From Candidatus Levyibacteriota bacterium (GTDB lineage Bacteria; Patescibacteriota; Microgenomatia; Levybacterales; UBA12049): a stretch of 64,000 nucleotides of DNA. The translations under genes were made by a program, and so were the position numbers. The notes under the pieces were generated by a model that saw only the letters and a program-made list of their open reading frames with translations, was not told the DNA's origin and did not search any database. Each line of letters starts with the position of its first letter. Position 1 is the first letter of the stretch. Shown here in pieces: positions 37,870 through 47,246 of this stretch. The stretch covers positions 12,104 to 76,103 of the forward strand of contig OY970292.1 in assembly GCA_963716145.1 (NCBI GenBank), in the 5' to 3' direction.

Positions 37870-38397
37870 TTATTCTTTATGGCCGGGATTACGACCAGCT
37901 GCGGCAAGGGGATGTTTATCTACGATTTTCCCCGCCTTAGTATCTACATGTTTTAATCTAGCTGCCGCTATGTGTTCACCAAAAAGTGCTGCGCCTTTGA
38001 CCAGGTGTGTTTTAACTCCTCTATACAAAGGTTTGGCTGCGACCGAAGTCGCCAGCGTTGCTGCTTCAGCATAAGCAACACTGCGATTACCATTAGACCA
38101 TTCAGTAGCTGCTTTTTCTACAGCCCAATATCCTGATCTACCGGTTGCGACTACACCTGTTGCAAGCGCAGCTGATTTGATTGCATATATTATGTTCATG
38201 TCTTTTAGCGTTTTTGTTGAGTGAGTTCTTACTCTCTTAGCTCTTCTGAGGGCCTTACTAGCTTTTCTCTCATGGTTCAGAGGTGGAGTAACAGTCATAC
38301 TGACTCCATCGTCAGTTGGCGCAATATCTACGCTCGGCCACCTTGCTTTTATTCTATTTCCTACCTGAGTTCCCAGTGTTTCACGATCTCCACTCAT
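37870..38397 (-). CDS. Hypothetical Ala-rich protein in a GC-rich (about 50%) patch; a possible foreign remnant
   Basis: Longest ORF in a compositionally deviant 550-bp segment. No domain recognised. The coding strand is uncertain. Confidence 0.2.
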   Translation of the reverse strand: MSGDRETLGTQVGNRIKARWPSVDIAPTDDGVSMTVTPPLNHERKASKALRRAKRVRTHSTKTLKDMNIIYAIKSAALATGVVATGRSGYWAVEKAATEWSNGNRSVAYAEAATLATSVAAKPLYRGVKTHLVKGAALFGEHIAAARLKHVDTKAGKIVDKHPLAAAGRNPGHKE

Positions 38398-38521
38398 ATC
38401 TGGATATTACTATATCTGGATATATAAATCAAGAGGGGTTGGGCATGAGCGGGGTTTGGTAAATAATAGTGGACTTGCTTGATGCTATCAAAAAATGAAA
38501 TAATAAAGCTAACTGAAAATT

Positions 38522-40819
38522 ATGCGGATGTCTAAGCCCAAATTACTTTTCTTAGGACTTGTTGGTATAGTTTCTTTGATTTTAATCTGGCTGTACATAA
38601 ATAATTATCTCTACAAAACAAAAGCAGCCAATGTTCCTACAAATAACTCAGCCAATAGACAGATTTGGTGGATTGCTGCTTCGCGCTCAGCCAGTGAGCT
38701 GACTTGTGCAACCATGACAGATGCCGAACTGGATAAGTTCAAAAGCTGGGGGATTGGAGGCTTTGTTTGTCAAAACGCTTACCTCGGTCGCGGTATGGGC
38801 GGCGGTGAGTGGACAGGGCAGGCGAACGCTGATGCTTTAAATAATCCGACCAACTCCAATTATTCCCGTTACGATGTACAGCGTAAATTGCGCGATTCCA
38901 ATATCGTGGCCCGTGCCCATGCCCGGGGCATGAAAATGTATCTAGGGTTTTGGGCAGCCAACTATTACAATGGCAAGACATTTTACAGGGAATGGTTTGA
39001 TGATAATGGTTGGAATGGTGTGGTTATTCCCAATATCCGTGATATTTCCGGTGCCGCTAAATTAATGAGTTTTGACGGCTTAAATATTGACCAGGAAAAT
39101 TACGGTAACCCGAGCGGCACTCCAAGCTGGACCCATCCAGGTACAAGCCCAGGCGGTACAACTGATGCTCAGGTACGAGCTAAGGTTAAGCAGCGTGGAC
39201 AGGAAGTGATGAAAGCTATGCTTCAGAGCTATACCGGCGAGTCGCTGGAGGTGATGTTTTATTACAACTTATTTCCAGGTGGGTGGGAAGCTTTGGTGCA
39301 GTGCGAAGTTAATGGATACTGCGGATTGGATGATAGCTTGGGAGCCTACTTTATCGATTTTTGGGATGGTATGAGTAGTGTAAATGGGTATAAGGCTCTT
39401 AGGTTTCAGGATGCTATTTTTTACAAAGGAACACAGCGTAGCGCAAGTTTGGATACTGCGCTTCAATATAATGCCAACAAAATTTACGCTTATATCTCCC
39501 GCCGTTTTAGTAATTGGGATTATGCAGCGAGCCGTTTCGCCGTTTCGCCTTTCATCTGGATTGATGATGATTGTGCACTCGAGGGTGGATTTGCTGCTAA
39601 CCGTTCTACGGGAGTTGTGGCTGAGCAATTAGTAACTTATCGAAAGTGGGGGGTGGATGGTCAGTTCTCTAATTTTGTCTACAGTGGCAATCTGAAAACT
39701 AAAAATTACGCTGATTACTATTCAGCAGATTGTCCTCCCAAGGTGCCTGGATACGATTCCCAGCGGCCATACAATTATTTGCCTGCTATCAAAAATACTG
39801 CAGTATCGGGGGTTGTTGATTCAGAATTCCCCACACTTAATCTAACTGCTCCAACAACAGGTTCAACTTTCTCAACACCAGGCGGCACTGTTAATATTTC
39901 GGGAAATGCTCATGATAATCTTGCAATCCGATTTGTGAAGTGGAAAAATGACCGTGGTGGAGAAGGGACCGCGCAAATGAGGTGGAAGGTTTTGTCAGGT
40001 GACTATCATACTAGTTACAATTGGCAGATGGACTGGGTAGCAAGCAATGTTTCTCTTCAACAAGGAACAAACGTAATAACGATTACAACAGAGGATATCA
40101 AAGGCTTAGTAACAGCAAAAACATTGATAGTAACAGCAGGAAGCTCTAGTCCTATTACATCAACTCCAGCTCCTCATATCCCAACTCCTACTCAAATCAG
40201 GACGACCATAACTCCCACTCTAGCCCCAACACAAACACCAACAAGAGCTCCTACTAATTCTCCTACAATTCCTCCGGCCAACACAGCATTATCCTTAAAC
40301 CTTTTCCTGCATGGAATAGGCAGAGGTGGGGATAGTGCCAATTTCGGAAGTGTTGGGAATGTTAATCCATTGAGAATGCAGCGAACTGTACAGGTCGAAA
40401 TATTTAACAGTCAAAATCAGCTGAGTCTATCCAAAATAGGACAAGTCAACTTTGATACCGCCTCAGGTTCTTTTAAAGGAACAGTTGATTTGGGCACAAC
40501 TCTTTCAACAGGAGTTTACACTGTAAAGGTAAAATCAGATCAGTTCCTGAAAGTGCTTATTCCGGGAATACAGACCATTACTCGTGGGCAAACAAATCAA
40601 TTACCTCAAGTCACATTGATAGCAGGAGATATTAATGGAGATAATAAGACAGATATCCTTGATTACAGCATATTGATGGGTTGTTACTCAGATATTCTTC
40701 CAGCCGCGTCTTGCACTCAGCTAAATAAATCCCTTGCGGATTTGACAGATGATGGGAATGTAAATCAGTTTGACTATAATCTCTTCCTGAGAGAGTTGAT
40801 CAATAGAGGGGGAGAATAG
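38522..40819 (+). CDS. Large secreted/cell-surface protein with a Thr/Pro-rich linker and a C-terminal type-I dockerin-like domain
   Basis: N-terminal TM/signal. A TPAPHIPTPTQIRTTITPTLAPTQTPTRAPT linker. Dockerin Ca-loops DINGDNKTDILD and DLTDDGNVNQFD lie in the last 60 residues. Confidence 0.5.
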   Translation: MRMSKPKLLFLGLVGIVSLILIWLYINNYLYKTKAANVPTNNSANRQIWWIAASRSASELTCATMTDAELDKFKSWGIGGFVCQNAYLGRGMGGGEWTGQANADALNNPTNSNYSRYDVQRKLRDSNIVARAHARGMKMYLGFWAANYYNGKTFYREWFDDNGWNGVVIPNIRDISGAAKLMSFDGLNIDQENYGNPSGTPSWTHPGTSPGGTTDAQVRAKVKQRGQEVMKAMLQSYTGESLEVMFYYNLFPGGWEALVQCEVNGYCGLDDSLGAYFIDFWDGMSSVNGYKALRFQDAIFYKGTQRSASLDTALQYNANKIYAYISRRFSNWDYAASRFAVSPFIWIDDDCALEGGFAANRSTGVVAEQLVTYRKWGVDGQFSNFVYSGNLKTKNYADYYSADCPPKVPGYDSQRPYNYLPAIKNTAVSGVVDSEFPTLNLTAPTTGSTFSTPGGTVNISGNAHDNLAIRFVKWKNDRGGEGTAQMRWKVLSGDYHTSYNWQMDWVASNVSLQQGTNVITITTEDIKGLVTAKTLIVTAGSSSPITSTPAPHIPTPTQIRTTITPTLAPTQTPTRAPTNSPTIPPANTALSLNLFLHGIGRGGDSANFGSVGNVNPLRMQRTVQVEIFNSQNQLSLSKIGQVNFDTASGSFKGTVDLGTTLSTGVYTVKVKSDQFLKVLIPGIQTITRGQTNQLPQVTLIAGDINGDNKTDILDYSILMGCYSDILPAASCTQLNKSLADLTDDGNVNQFDYNLFLRELINRGGE

Positions 40820-40913
40820 TAATGATGGTAGATAATATTGGGTTTCGGACAAATCAGGACGTGGGTTGACAGATTGCATGGAGAAGTGGTTTAATGAAGG
40901 AGAATTTTAGATA

Positions 40914-40947
40914 TTGACAATTAGCAGATAGTGTGATAGATTGCTAA
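40914..40947 (+). promoter_or_regulatory. Putative promoter (TTGACA-17-TAGATT) overlapping a CIRCE-like inverted repeat upstream of lon
   Basis: TTAGCAGAT-N9-GATTGCTAA has a 9-N9-9 architecture with perfect TTAGCA/TGCTAA outer arms. Compare the HrcA operator TTAGCACTC-N9-GAGTGCTAA. Confidence 0.35.
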
Positions 40948-40985
40948 TAGTTCGATAAACTCACTACAAGTTTACACAAAATAAT

Positions 40986-41738
40986 ATGGAAAAAATAGTT
41001 CCCATAATACCAATCAGAGACGGCATAATATTCCCCAGTACAGATTCAGTCCTTACATTTGGGCGTCCCAAGAGTTTGGCAGCGCTGGAATCCGCCTTTC
41101 AAAAAGAAAGAATAGTCTGCTTTGTGCTCCAAAAAAATGCAAGATTAAATGATCCAACTCCAGAGGATCTGCATACAGTGGGCACACTTTCCCGGATTGA
41201 GAGAATGATAAAGACAGATGGAGAAATTAACGCTCAGGTCAAAGGATTGGCGCGGGTTGAGATACTTTCCTATGAAAGACATGATTCATATTTCATGGCC
41301 AAGGTGCGTGAGATTCCGGAAATTTTTGAAGAAACAGAAGAAATAAAAGCACTTTGTAACCACTTAACCAATGAATTCAGAAAAGCTATGAATTTCGGCA
41401 AATCGGCTGACTTTTTGCTTTTTATGAATATCATGTCTGAGAATACTCCTTCAGAGTTGGCGGATCTTGTGGCTTCGGCACTTACCATTAAACCTCAGGA
41501 GAAGCAGGAGCTGCTTGAGATAATCGACGTCAAGATAAGGCTTGTGAAAATTACCGAGCTTCTTGCAAAAGAAATTAAAATTTTGGAACTGGAACGCAGA
41601 ATAGCCTCAAAAACTCAGGAAAGATTCGAAAAAGGCGCGCGAGAGGCAATGCTTCGGGAAAGACTCAGAACAATTGAAGAAGAACTTGGCGAAAAAGAAG
41701 AAAATTCAGAAACCCGAACAGCTTTTGAACAAAATTAA
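40986..41738 (+). CDS. lon: Lon protease, N-terminal LON substrate-binding domain (frame-shifted from the rest)
   Basis: [17 protein letters not shown]... N-domain. The ORF ends at ...EELGEKEE in an A-rich tract. The true protein continues in frame 1. Confidence 0.8.
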   Translation: MEKIVPIIPIRDGIIFPSTDSVLTFGRPKSLAALESAFQKERIVCFVLQKNARLNDPTPEDLHTVGTLSRIERMIKTDGEINAQVKGLARVEILSYERHDSYFMAKVREIPEIFEETEEIKALCNHLTNEFRKAMNFGKSADFLLFMNIMSENTPSELADLVASALTIKPQEKQELLEIIDVKIRLVKITELLAKEIKILELERRIASKTQERFEKGAREAMLRERLRTIEEELGEKEENSETRTAFEQN

Positions 41739-43356
41739 AGAAGCCAAAATGCCTGAGGATGTTGAGGAAAAAGCAAAGAAAGAGCTTGGAAAGCTTCAGA
41801 ACATGAATCAGTTCAATCCTGAAGCCGGCTATATCCGCAACTATCTGGATTTGATGGTTGCTCTTCCTTGGAATGTTGAGAGCAACGATGTTGCCAATAT
41901 TAAATCCGCTGAAAAAATTCTTGATGAAGATCATTATGGATTGCAAAAAGCCAAAGAAAGAATTGTTGAGTATCTGGCAGTGCACAAATTGTCAGGGAAA
42001 ATGAAAGGGCCTATTCTTTGTTTTGCAGGCCCTCCCGGAGTTGGTAAGACTTCAATCGGGAAATCAATTGCCCATGCGCTTGGACGTAAATTTGTCCGTG
42101 TTTCATTGGGAGGAATTAGAGATGAGGCAGAAATCAGAGGGCACAGAAGAACTTATGTCGGAGCATTGCCCGGAAGAATTCTGCAAGGAATAAAGGATGC
42201 AGGAACCAAAAATCCAGTATTCATGCTGGATGAGATTGATAAAGTCGGATCGGATTTCAGAGGCGACCCATCCTCAGCACTTCTGGAAGCACTTGATCCC
42301 GAACAAAACGGTCAATTCTCCGATCATTATCTTGAGGTACCCTTTGATCTTTCAAATGTGATGTTTATCACAACTGCAAATGTATTGGACACAATTCCAC
42401 CGGCCCTCAGGGACCGCTTGGAGATTATAAATTTTGCAGGATACACTCATGATGAGAAATTCAAGATAGCTCATGATTTTCTTCTCAAAAAACAGCTTGA
42501 AAATCACGGATTGAGTGCTGGTAAAGTTGAAATTACGGATGACGCTCTTAAATTTATAATTCACCATTATACCCGTGAAGCAGGGGTAAGAAATCTGGAG
42601 CGGACAATTGCGACAGTTTACCGAAAAGTTGCCAAAAAGGTCGCGGAAGGCGAAAAAGCAAAGATTACCGTAAAGTCGACCGATATTCAAAAATATCTTG
42701 GCCCGATTAAATTTACGAGCACGATGATTGAGAAGAAAGACGAAGTCGGTATGTCAACAGGTCTTGCCTGGACTGAGGCAGGAGGGGACATTTTGTTCAT
42801 TGAAGTAGCTTTAATGCCTGGAAAAGGAGTCTTGACTCTGACCGGACAGCTGGGAGATGTGATGAAAGAATCCGCTCAAGCAGCACTTTCATATATCCGC
42901 TCAAAGGCACATCTTATGGGCATTTCCGATAAAACTTTTCAAAAAACAGATATTCACGTTCATGTTCCTGAGGGTGCTGTTCCCAAAGACGGACCATCAG
43001 CAGGAGCTGCCATAACTACGGCAATTGTCTCAGCGCTTACCAAAACTCCTGTTCACCGCAAGGTCGGGATGACGGGGGAAGTTACACTTAGAGGCCGTGT
43101 TTTGGAAATTGGCGGTTTGAAGGAAAAAGTAATTGCAGCTCACCGTGCAGGACTTAAAACAATAATTGTTCCAAAGGAAAATAAGAAAGACCTTGAAGAT
43201 GTGCCAAAAGAGGTATTAAATGATTTGAGCTTTAAATTTGTTACAAATATTGATGAAGTGCTTGAAATTGCTCTTACCAAACCTTTGCCCAAACCAAGAT
43301 CCGCGGATGGAGCTATTTCCGAGCAGCCGGTTCTTCACGCACCAATGGCCTCATAA
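41674..43356 (+). CDS. lon: Lon protease, AAA+ ATPase and S16 protease domains (continuation of 40986)
   Basis: Walker [10 protein letters not shown]. Catalytic [14 protein letters not shown]...(K). The Met at 41674 is not a real start. The junction [19 protein letters not shown] matches the Lon linker. Confidence 0.85.
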   Translation: MKKNLAKKKKIQKPEQLLNKIKEAKMPEDVEEKAKKELGKLQNMNQFNPEAGYIRNYLDLMVALPWNVESNDVANIKSAEKILDEDHYGLQKAKERIVEYLAVHKLSGKMKGPILCFAGPPGVGKTSIGKSIAHALGRKFVRVSLGGIRDEAEIRGHRRTYVGALPGRILQGIKDAGTKNPVFMLDEIDKVGSDFRGDPSSALLEALDPEQNGQFSDHYLEVPFDLSNVMFITTANVLDTIPPALRDRLEIINFAGYTHDEKFKIAHDFLLKKQLENHGLSAGKVEITDDALKFIIHHYTREAGVRNLERTIATVYRKVAKKVAEGEKAKITVKSTDIQKYLGPIKFTSTMIEKKDEVGMSTGLAWTEAGGDILFIEVALMPGKGVLTLTGQLGDVMKESAQAALSYIRSKAHLMGISDKTFQKTDIHVHVPEGAVPKDGPSAGAAITTAIVSALTKTPVHRKVGMTGEVTLRGRVLEIGGLKEKVIAAHRAGLKTIIVPKENKKDLEDVPKEVLNDLSFKFVTNIDEVLEIALTKPLPKPRSADGAISEQPVLHAPMAS

Positions 43357-43394
43357 ATCTTTTAATTTTCAATGCTATATTGTGGTAAAATAAT

Positions 43395-43667
43395 TTGATG
43401 ATGAAGGCGTTTATTTTTGATGTTGACGGTGTTCTGATTGATACAGAGCAAATGTGGGATGAGATAAAAGAAGAAATGTACACAAAGCTTTTCGGGAAAG
43501 AGATTTACCTCAAATTGGGACCAACCATCGGTTTGAGCATAGACATTATAGCTGAAAAAGCGGTTCAACTCGGAAGCACTACGACAAAAGAAGAATTGCA
43601 AACTGGTGATGATGTATACGCCCAGAATTTGGAAGAAGTCGCAAAGATTGTAATGGAAAGAGCATGA
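43395..43667 (+). CDS. HAD-like hydrolase N-terminal fragment (90 aa; truncated)
   Basis: Motif I FIFDVDGVLIDTE. The protein is far shorter than a HAD fold, so it is probably a gene remnant. Confidence 0.35.
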   Translation: MMMKAFIFDVDGVLIDTEQMWDEIKEEMYTKLFGKEIYLKLGPTIGLSIDIIAEKAVQLGSTTTKEELQTGDDVYAQNLEEVAKIVMERA

Positions 43668-44674
43668 AAAAATTACTTTTTATACCTTTATTATTTTTAC
43701 TTCTCTCGGTTGCATTTATTTTTCATAAGACTGCAAATAAAAAGAGCTTGGTAATACCAGTTCCAGTTGAAAAAAACCAGAGTACTTCAAGGACAGTTGA
43801 GAAACCAATAACTCTGATCTCAACAGGAGATATTGGGCTGGTACGGGATATAAATTATCGTATTCAGCAAAAACGAGACGTAAATTATCCGTTCCTCAAA
43901 ATTGTAGACTATTTGAAAAATGCTGATCTGACAGTAACAAATCTGGAAGGACCGCTTATTAAGGATTGCCCCATTATAATAACCGGCTTTAAGTTTTGCG
44001 GAGACGATGCAAACGCAAAAGGTTTAACGTATGCAGGAATTGACGCGGCCAATCTTGCCAATAACCACACAACCAATTACGGACTGGAAGGTCTTGCGGA
44101 AACAGTAAGTATTCTGGAGGCAGAGGGAATCAAGCCTTATGGAATAAAGGATCAGTTGCAATATATAGATGTTAAAGGCAAAAGAATTGCTTTAGCTGGA
44201 TTTGTAGAACTGGAGAATAATTGGGAGGGATTAAATAACGCGACACCGGAGAATATTTCAAAAATAGTCTCCCTAGCCGCTAAAAATTCAGATATAGTTA
44301 TCGCGTCTTTTCATTGGGGCGTTGAATATACCCATGCTCCAACTGAGAACCAAATTTCACTCGCTCATAAAGCTATTGATAGCGGAGCCGATATTGTTCT
44401 CGGTAATCATCCTCATTGGATCCAGAGCAGCGAAAACTACAAAGGTAAATTCATTACTTACGCTCAGGGAAATACGATTTTTGATCAGGATTGGTCACAG
44501 GAAACAAAAGATGGAGTAATCTATAAATTTGTATATAAAAATGGAAGTTTTGAAAAGATTGAGGAAAAGTACACGATTATAGAAGATAATTCCCAACCAA
44601 GATTTGCAACCCCTGGAGAAGAAACTAAAATTAAAGCTTGTTTGAGTAAGGACTGCGAATTGAAAAGTTTATGA
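43664..44674 (+). CDS. CapA/PGA_cap family metallophosphatase-like protein (membrane-anchored)
   Basis: LISTGDIGL, DLTVTNLEGPL, ANNHTTNYG and ASFHWGVEY...LGNHPHWIQ blocks of PF09587. Confidence 0.7.
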   Translation: MKKLLFIPLLFLLLSVAFIFHKTANKKSLVIPVPVEKNQSTSRTVEKPITLISTGDIGLVRDINYRIQQKRDVNYPFLKIVDYLKNADLTVTNLEGPLIKDCPIIITGFKFCGDDANAKGLTYAGIDAANLANNHTTNYGLEGLAETVSILEAEGIKPYGIKDQLQYIDVKGKRIALAGFVELENNWEGLNNATPENISKIVSLAAKNSDIVIASFHWGVEYTHAPTENQISLAHKAIDSGADIVLGNHPHWIQSSENYKGKFITYAQGNTIFDQDWSQETKDGVIYKFVYKNGSFEKIEEKYTIIEDNSQPRFATPGEETKIKACLSKDCELKSL

Positions 44675-45060
44675 GATGGACATTGGGAGAAATACGAAAA
44701 GCCTTGGGTGATAAATTAATTGGAAAAGTTTTTATGCGGGAGCAGGTGTGTAAAGCCATATCGTATTTGCCTGATGATTTAATTGAAAAAATCTGTGCGT
44801 CTGTTTGGTTTATATCTTCCCCTGATGACGCTTGGGCGTTTACTTTTAAGGGTGCCGATATCAAAAATAGGCATTTGATTTTTCTCTCGGAGGATCTTTT
44901 TACAGAGGAGGAAAGTCAGATAATCTATACAATTCTTCATGAAATAGGACACGCCGCCTTGGATCACAGTAATTCAGTAGGATTTGTGCAGACGGAGTCA
45001 GAAATTAAGCAGCAAGAAGCAGAAGCGGACAGGTTTGCGCACAAATATTTGGATGGTTAA
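44671..45060 (+). CDS. ImmA/IrrE-like (DUF955) zinc-metallopeptidase domain protein
   Basis: HEIGHAALDH followed by EAEADRFA, the HExxH...E.EAN.FA pattern. Confidence 0.4.
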   Translation: MRWTLGEIRKALGDKLIGKVFMREQVCKAISYLPDDLIEKICASVWFISSPDDAWAFTFKGADIKNRHLIFLSEDLFTEEESQIIYTILHEIGHAALDHSNSVGFVQTESEIKQQEAEADRFAHKYLDG

Positions 45061-45113
45061 TAAGGCTATCCAGCCTCAATTTAATACTCTTGACCGGAGG
45101 ACTAAAAAGTGAT

Positions 45114-45212
45114 ATGTTTAGATTTATAATGAGTTTAAAGAAAATCTTTAAGTCATTTTTGGTTCTTCTACTACTCTTCTTTATATTCCCTACGCCAGCT
45201 CATGCTCATTGA
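45114..45212 (+). CDS. Signal-peptide-only mini-ORF (32 aa); a possible remnant
   Basis: MFRFIMSLKKIFKSFLVLLLLFFIFPTPAHAH* is a complete Sec signal peptide with an AHA cleavage site and nothing after it. Confidence 0.15.
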   Translation: MFRFIMSLKKIFKSFLVLLLLFFIFPTPAHAH

Positions 45213-45239
45213 AACATCTGATATAATTTGGCTATGACC

Positions 45240-45277
45240 CTTCGATTGCACTCAGGGTCATACTGAGTTTATCGAAG
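45240..45277 (+). promoter_or_regulatory. Nested-hairpin leader element immediately upstream of the DUF1801 gene
   Basis: CTTCGATtgcaCTCAGggtcataCTGAGtttATCGAAGtATG has a 7-bp outer stem and a 5-bp inner stem. It is preceded by the extended -10 TGaTATAAT at 45219-45227. Confidence 0.45.
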
Positions 45278-45278
45278 T

Positions 45279-45635
45279 ATGAAGAAAGCAAAAGACGTTG
45301 ATGAGTATATTTTAAGTGCACCTAAAGAAATGCGGGCAAAGCTTAATGAATTGCGCGCTGCTATAAAGTCTGCTGCTCCAAAGGCTGAGGAAAAACTTAG
45401 CTATGGTATGCCATACTACAGTTATAAAGGGCGATTGGTTTATTTCGGATTCGCAAAAAAACATATCGGTCTTTATCCGATGCCTCCGATAACTCAAGAG
45501 TATGCAAAAGAACTTAAGAAGTACCAAACAGGCAAGGCGACAATCCGCTTGCCAATGGACGAAAAACTGCCACTAGGTCTTATAAAAAAAATGGTTAAAG
45601 CTAGGGTTAGATATAATGAAGAGGCGAAGAAATGA
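45279..45635 (+). CDS. DUF1801 (YdhG-like) domain protein
   Basis: 118 aa. The MPYYSYKGRLVYFGFAKKHIGLYP block is typical of DUF1801. Confidence 0.6.
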   Translation: MKKAKDVDEYILSAPKEMRAKLNELRAAIKSAAPKAEEKLSYGMPYYSYKGRLVYFGFAKKHIGLYPMPPITQEYAKELKKYQTGKATIRLPMDEKLPLGLIKKMVKARVRYNEEAKK

Positions 45636-45841
45636 ATAATCAACACATTTTATATCATAAAGATGGCAGTATTTGGGCCAAGGGTGCCATGATTGATGGA
45701 AAATGTGATGGTTATTGGGAGTGGTTCAGAAAAGACGGCAGCAAAATGCGCTCAGGTTATTTTAAAATGGGTAAACAAATTGGTGAGTGGATAACATATG
45801 ATAAAAAAGGTAAAGTTTATAAAAAGACTCAAATGAAATAA
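45632..45841 (+). CDS. MORN-variant repeat protein (YwqK-like)
   Basis: DGSIWAKGAMIDGKCDGYWEWFRKDGSKMRSGYFKMGKQIGEWITYDKKGK shows repeated G.W..Y..G MORN-like units. Confidence 0.5.
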   Translation: MNNQHILYHKDGSIWAKGAMIDGKCDGYWEWFRKDGSKMRSGYFKMGKQIGEWITYDKKGKVYKKTQMK

Positions 45842-45971
45842 ATTGAGGTTTGGAAATTTGATAAGTCGGAGGAGGAATTAAAACAACAATAGTTACTGAT
45901 CCATTCAGTAATCTCCTCGGCATCATCCACGAACCCCACAAAAAGCACAAAAGCTCCCAAGTAGCTAATAA

Positions 45972-45996
45972 TATTGTGATATAGACAGCATTTGCT
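45972..45996 (+). promoter_or_regulatory. Sigma70 promoter (TTGTGA-16-TGcTATAAT) driving a leaderless metF-like transcript
   Basis: The -10 ends 11 nt before the ATG at 46008. Confidence 0.4.
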
Positions 45997-46007
45997 ATAA
46001 TCCGCTA

Positions 46008-46832
46008 ATGGTAGAAAGATTGAGAACTAGGCGGACAGAGGGCGATCGCGGAGAGAGCCCGTTGCCCAGTATTGAGATAGCCCCTTATGGAATCATCGGC
46101 GAAGATGTTATAAAAATGTTCGGAGAAAAAAGACCAAAAGTAAACGTTATGTCTCATCACTCTTTAGGAATGGGTCCGACCATAGAGCTTTCACAAAAGC
46201 TGGTTGATAATGGATTTACCGTAGTTCCGCATTTGGCAGCTCGGCATATAAAAGATCAAGAGCAACTCGAAAGGATTGCTGGACAATTAGAAGCGGCTGG
46301 TATTGATGAAATATTTATTGTAAAAGGAGAGGGTGCATCACAAGGAGATTATAGTACCGCAATAAAATTAATGCAGGGTCTGGCCAAAACGCACTTCAGG
46401 CCTAAGGTTATAGGAATTGCAGGTTATCCGGAAAAAGTCGGGGAAATAGAAAGGGAACAATTATTAAGATCTATTAAGGAAAGAAAGGTTTTAGCAGAAG
46501 ACATGGGAGCAGGACTCACGATTGCTACGCAAATGTGCTTTTATGCCGATAAGATTCTGCGATATGCAGAACTTCTAAGAGAGAATGAGATTGATGTTCC
46601 CGTAACTGTTGGCTTGGCAGTTCATGGGAGTAGAAGAAAACTCCACGGAATGGTGGAAGGATTTGGGGTTGGGGATTCTAGGGCTGTTCTTTTGTCGGAA
46701 GGCCCAGACAGTCCGTATTCACCCCGCCCACTAATGGATGAAATTTTGGCGGTAGATGAGCATGGGCGTATTTCAGGATTTCATATTTATACATTTAACC
46801 AACTCGATAGATTACAAGATCTTTTATCCTAA
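46008..46832 (+). CDS. metF: Methylenetetrahydrofolate reductase-like protein
   Basis: TIM-barrel pattern. PHLAARH resembles the HLTC region, and a C-terminal GFHIYTFN resembles the MTHFR GFHFYTLN motif. The region is GC-richer than the genome background. Confidence 0.5.
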   Translation: MVERLRTRRTEGDRGESPLPSIEIAPYGIIGEDVIKMFGEKRPKVNVMSHHSLGMGPTIELSQKLVDNGFTVVPHLAARHIKDQEQLERIAGQLEAAGIDEIFIVKGEGASQGDYSTAIKLMQGLAKTHFRPKVIGIAGYPEKVGEIEREQLLRSIKERKVLAEDMGAGLTIATQMCFYADKILRYAELLRENEIDVPVTVGLAVHGSRRKLHGMVEGFGVGDSRAVLLSEGPDSPYSPRPLMDEILAVDEHGRISGFHIYTFNQLDRLQDLLS

Positions 46833-46911
46833 GAATCCACTGATTTAAATGTCTCAGGAATGGAAGAATTAATTCAGTCCCGGAAGTTGGCCGAGTGGTA
46901 CAATAAGAAAA

Positions 46912-47172
46912 ATGCAAAGACTTGAGGAACGCGGTCCAAACAGAATAGAGAGGCTTAATGCTGGCATTCGCGGAGCAAGAAGCCTAGCTCATGATGTTAG
47001 GATAAATCGTCGACTAAACCGAGATCCAAAGTATCATTTGGGCAATAAGCGGACAGAGACAGCTATGAATAGACATGCTGAGGAGTGGCACCCTCTGAAA
47101 TTTTCTGAGGATCTATATCATTCATTTCAAGACAGGCCCTTGACCCGGACGCGCTTAAGGCTTTTATTGTAA
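46912..47172 (+). CDS. Possible frame-shifted N-terminal part of the ferritin-like gene (frame 1)
   Basis: It contains an ExxH candidate (AEEWH). The downstream ferritin-like ORF is open in frame 3 back to 47109 with no ATG. Confidence 0.2.
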   Translation: MQRLEERGPNRIERLNAGIRGARSLAHDVRINRRLNRDPKYHLGNKRTETAMNRHAEEWHPLKFSEDLYHSFQDRPLTRTRLRLLL

Positions 47173-47246
47173 TCGGAATTGTCGAAGCAAATAGCCGTAT
47201 TCAGGGAGGAAATGCAATTGCGGGTGGGATAGATACTCATCCTTAT

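Noticed and set aside
46840-46912. Possible tRNA-like sequence (gccgagtggtacaa) between the metF-like and ferritin-like genes
   Set aside because: I could not fold it into a cloverleaf with an acceptor stem and T-arm. It is probably fortuitous.
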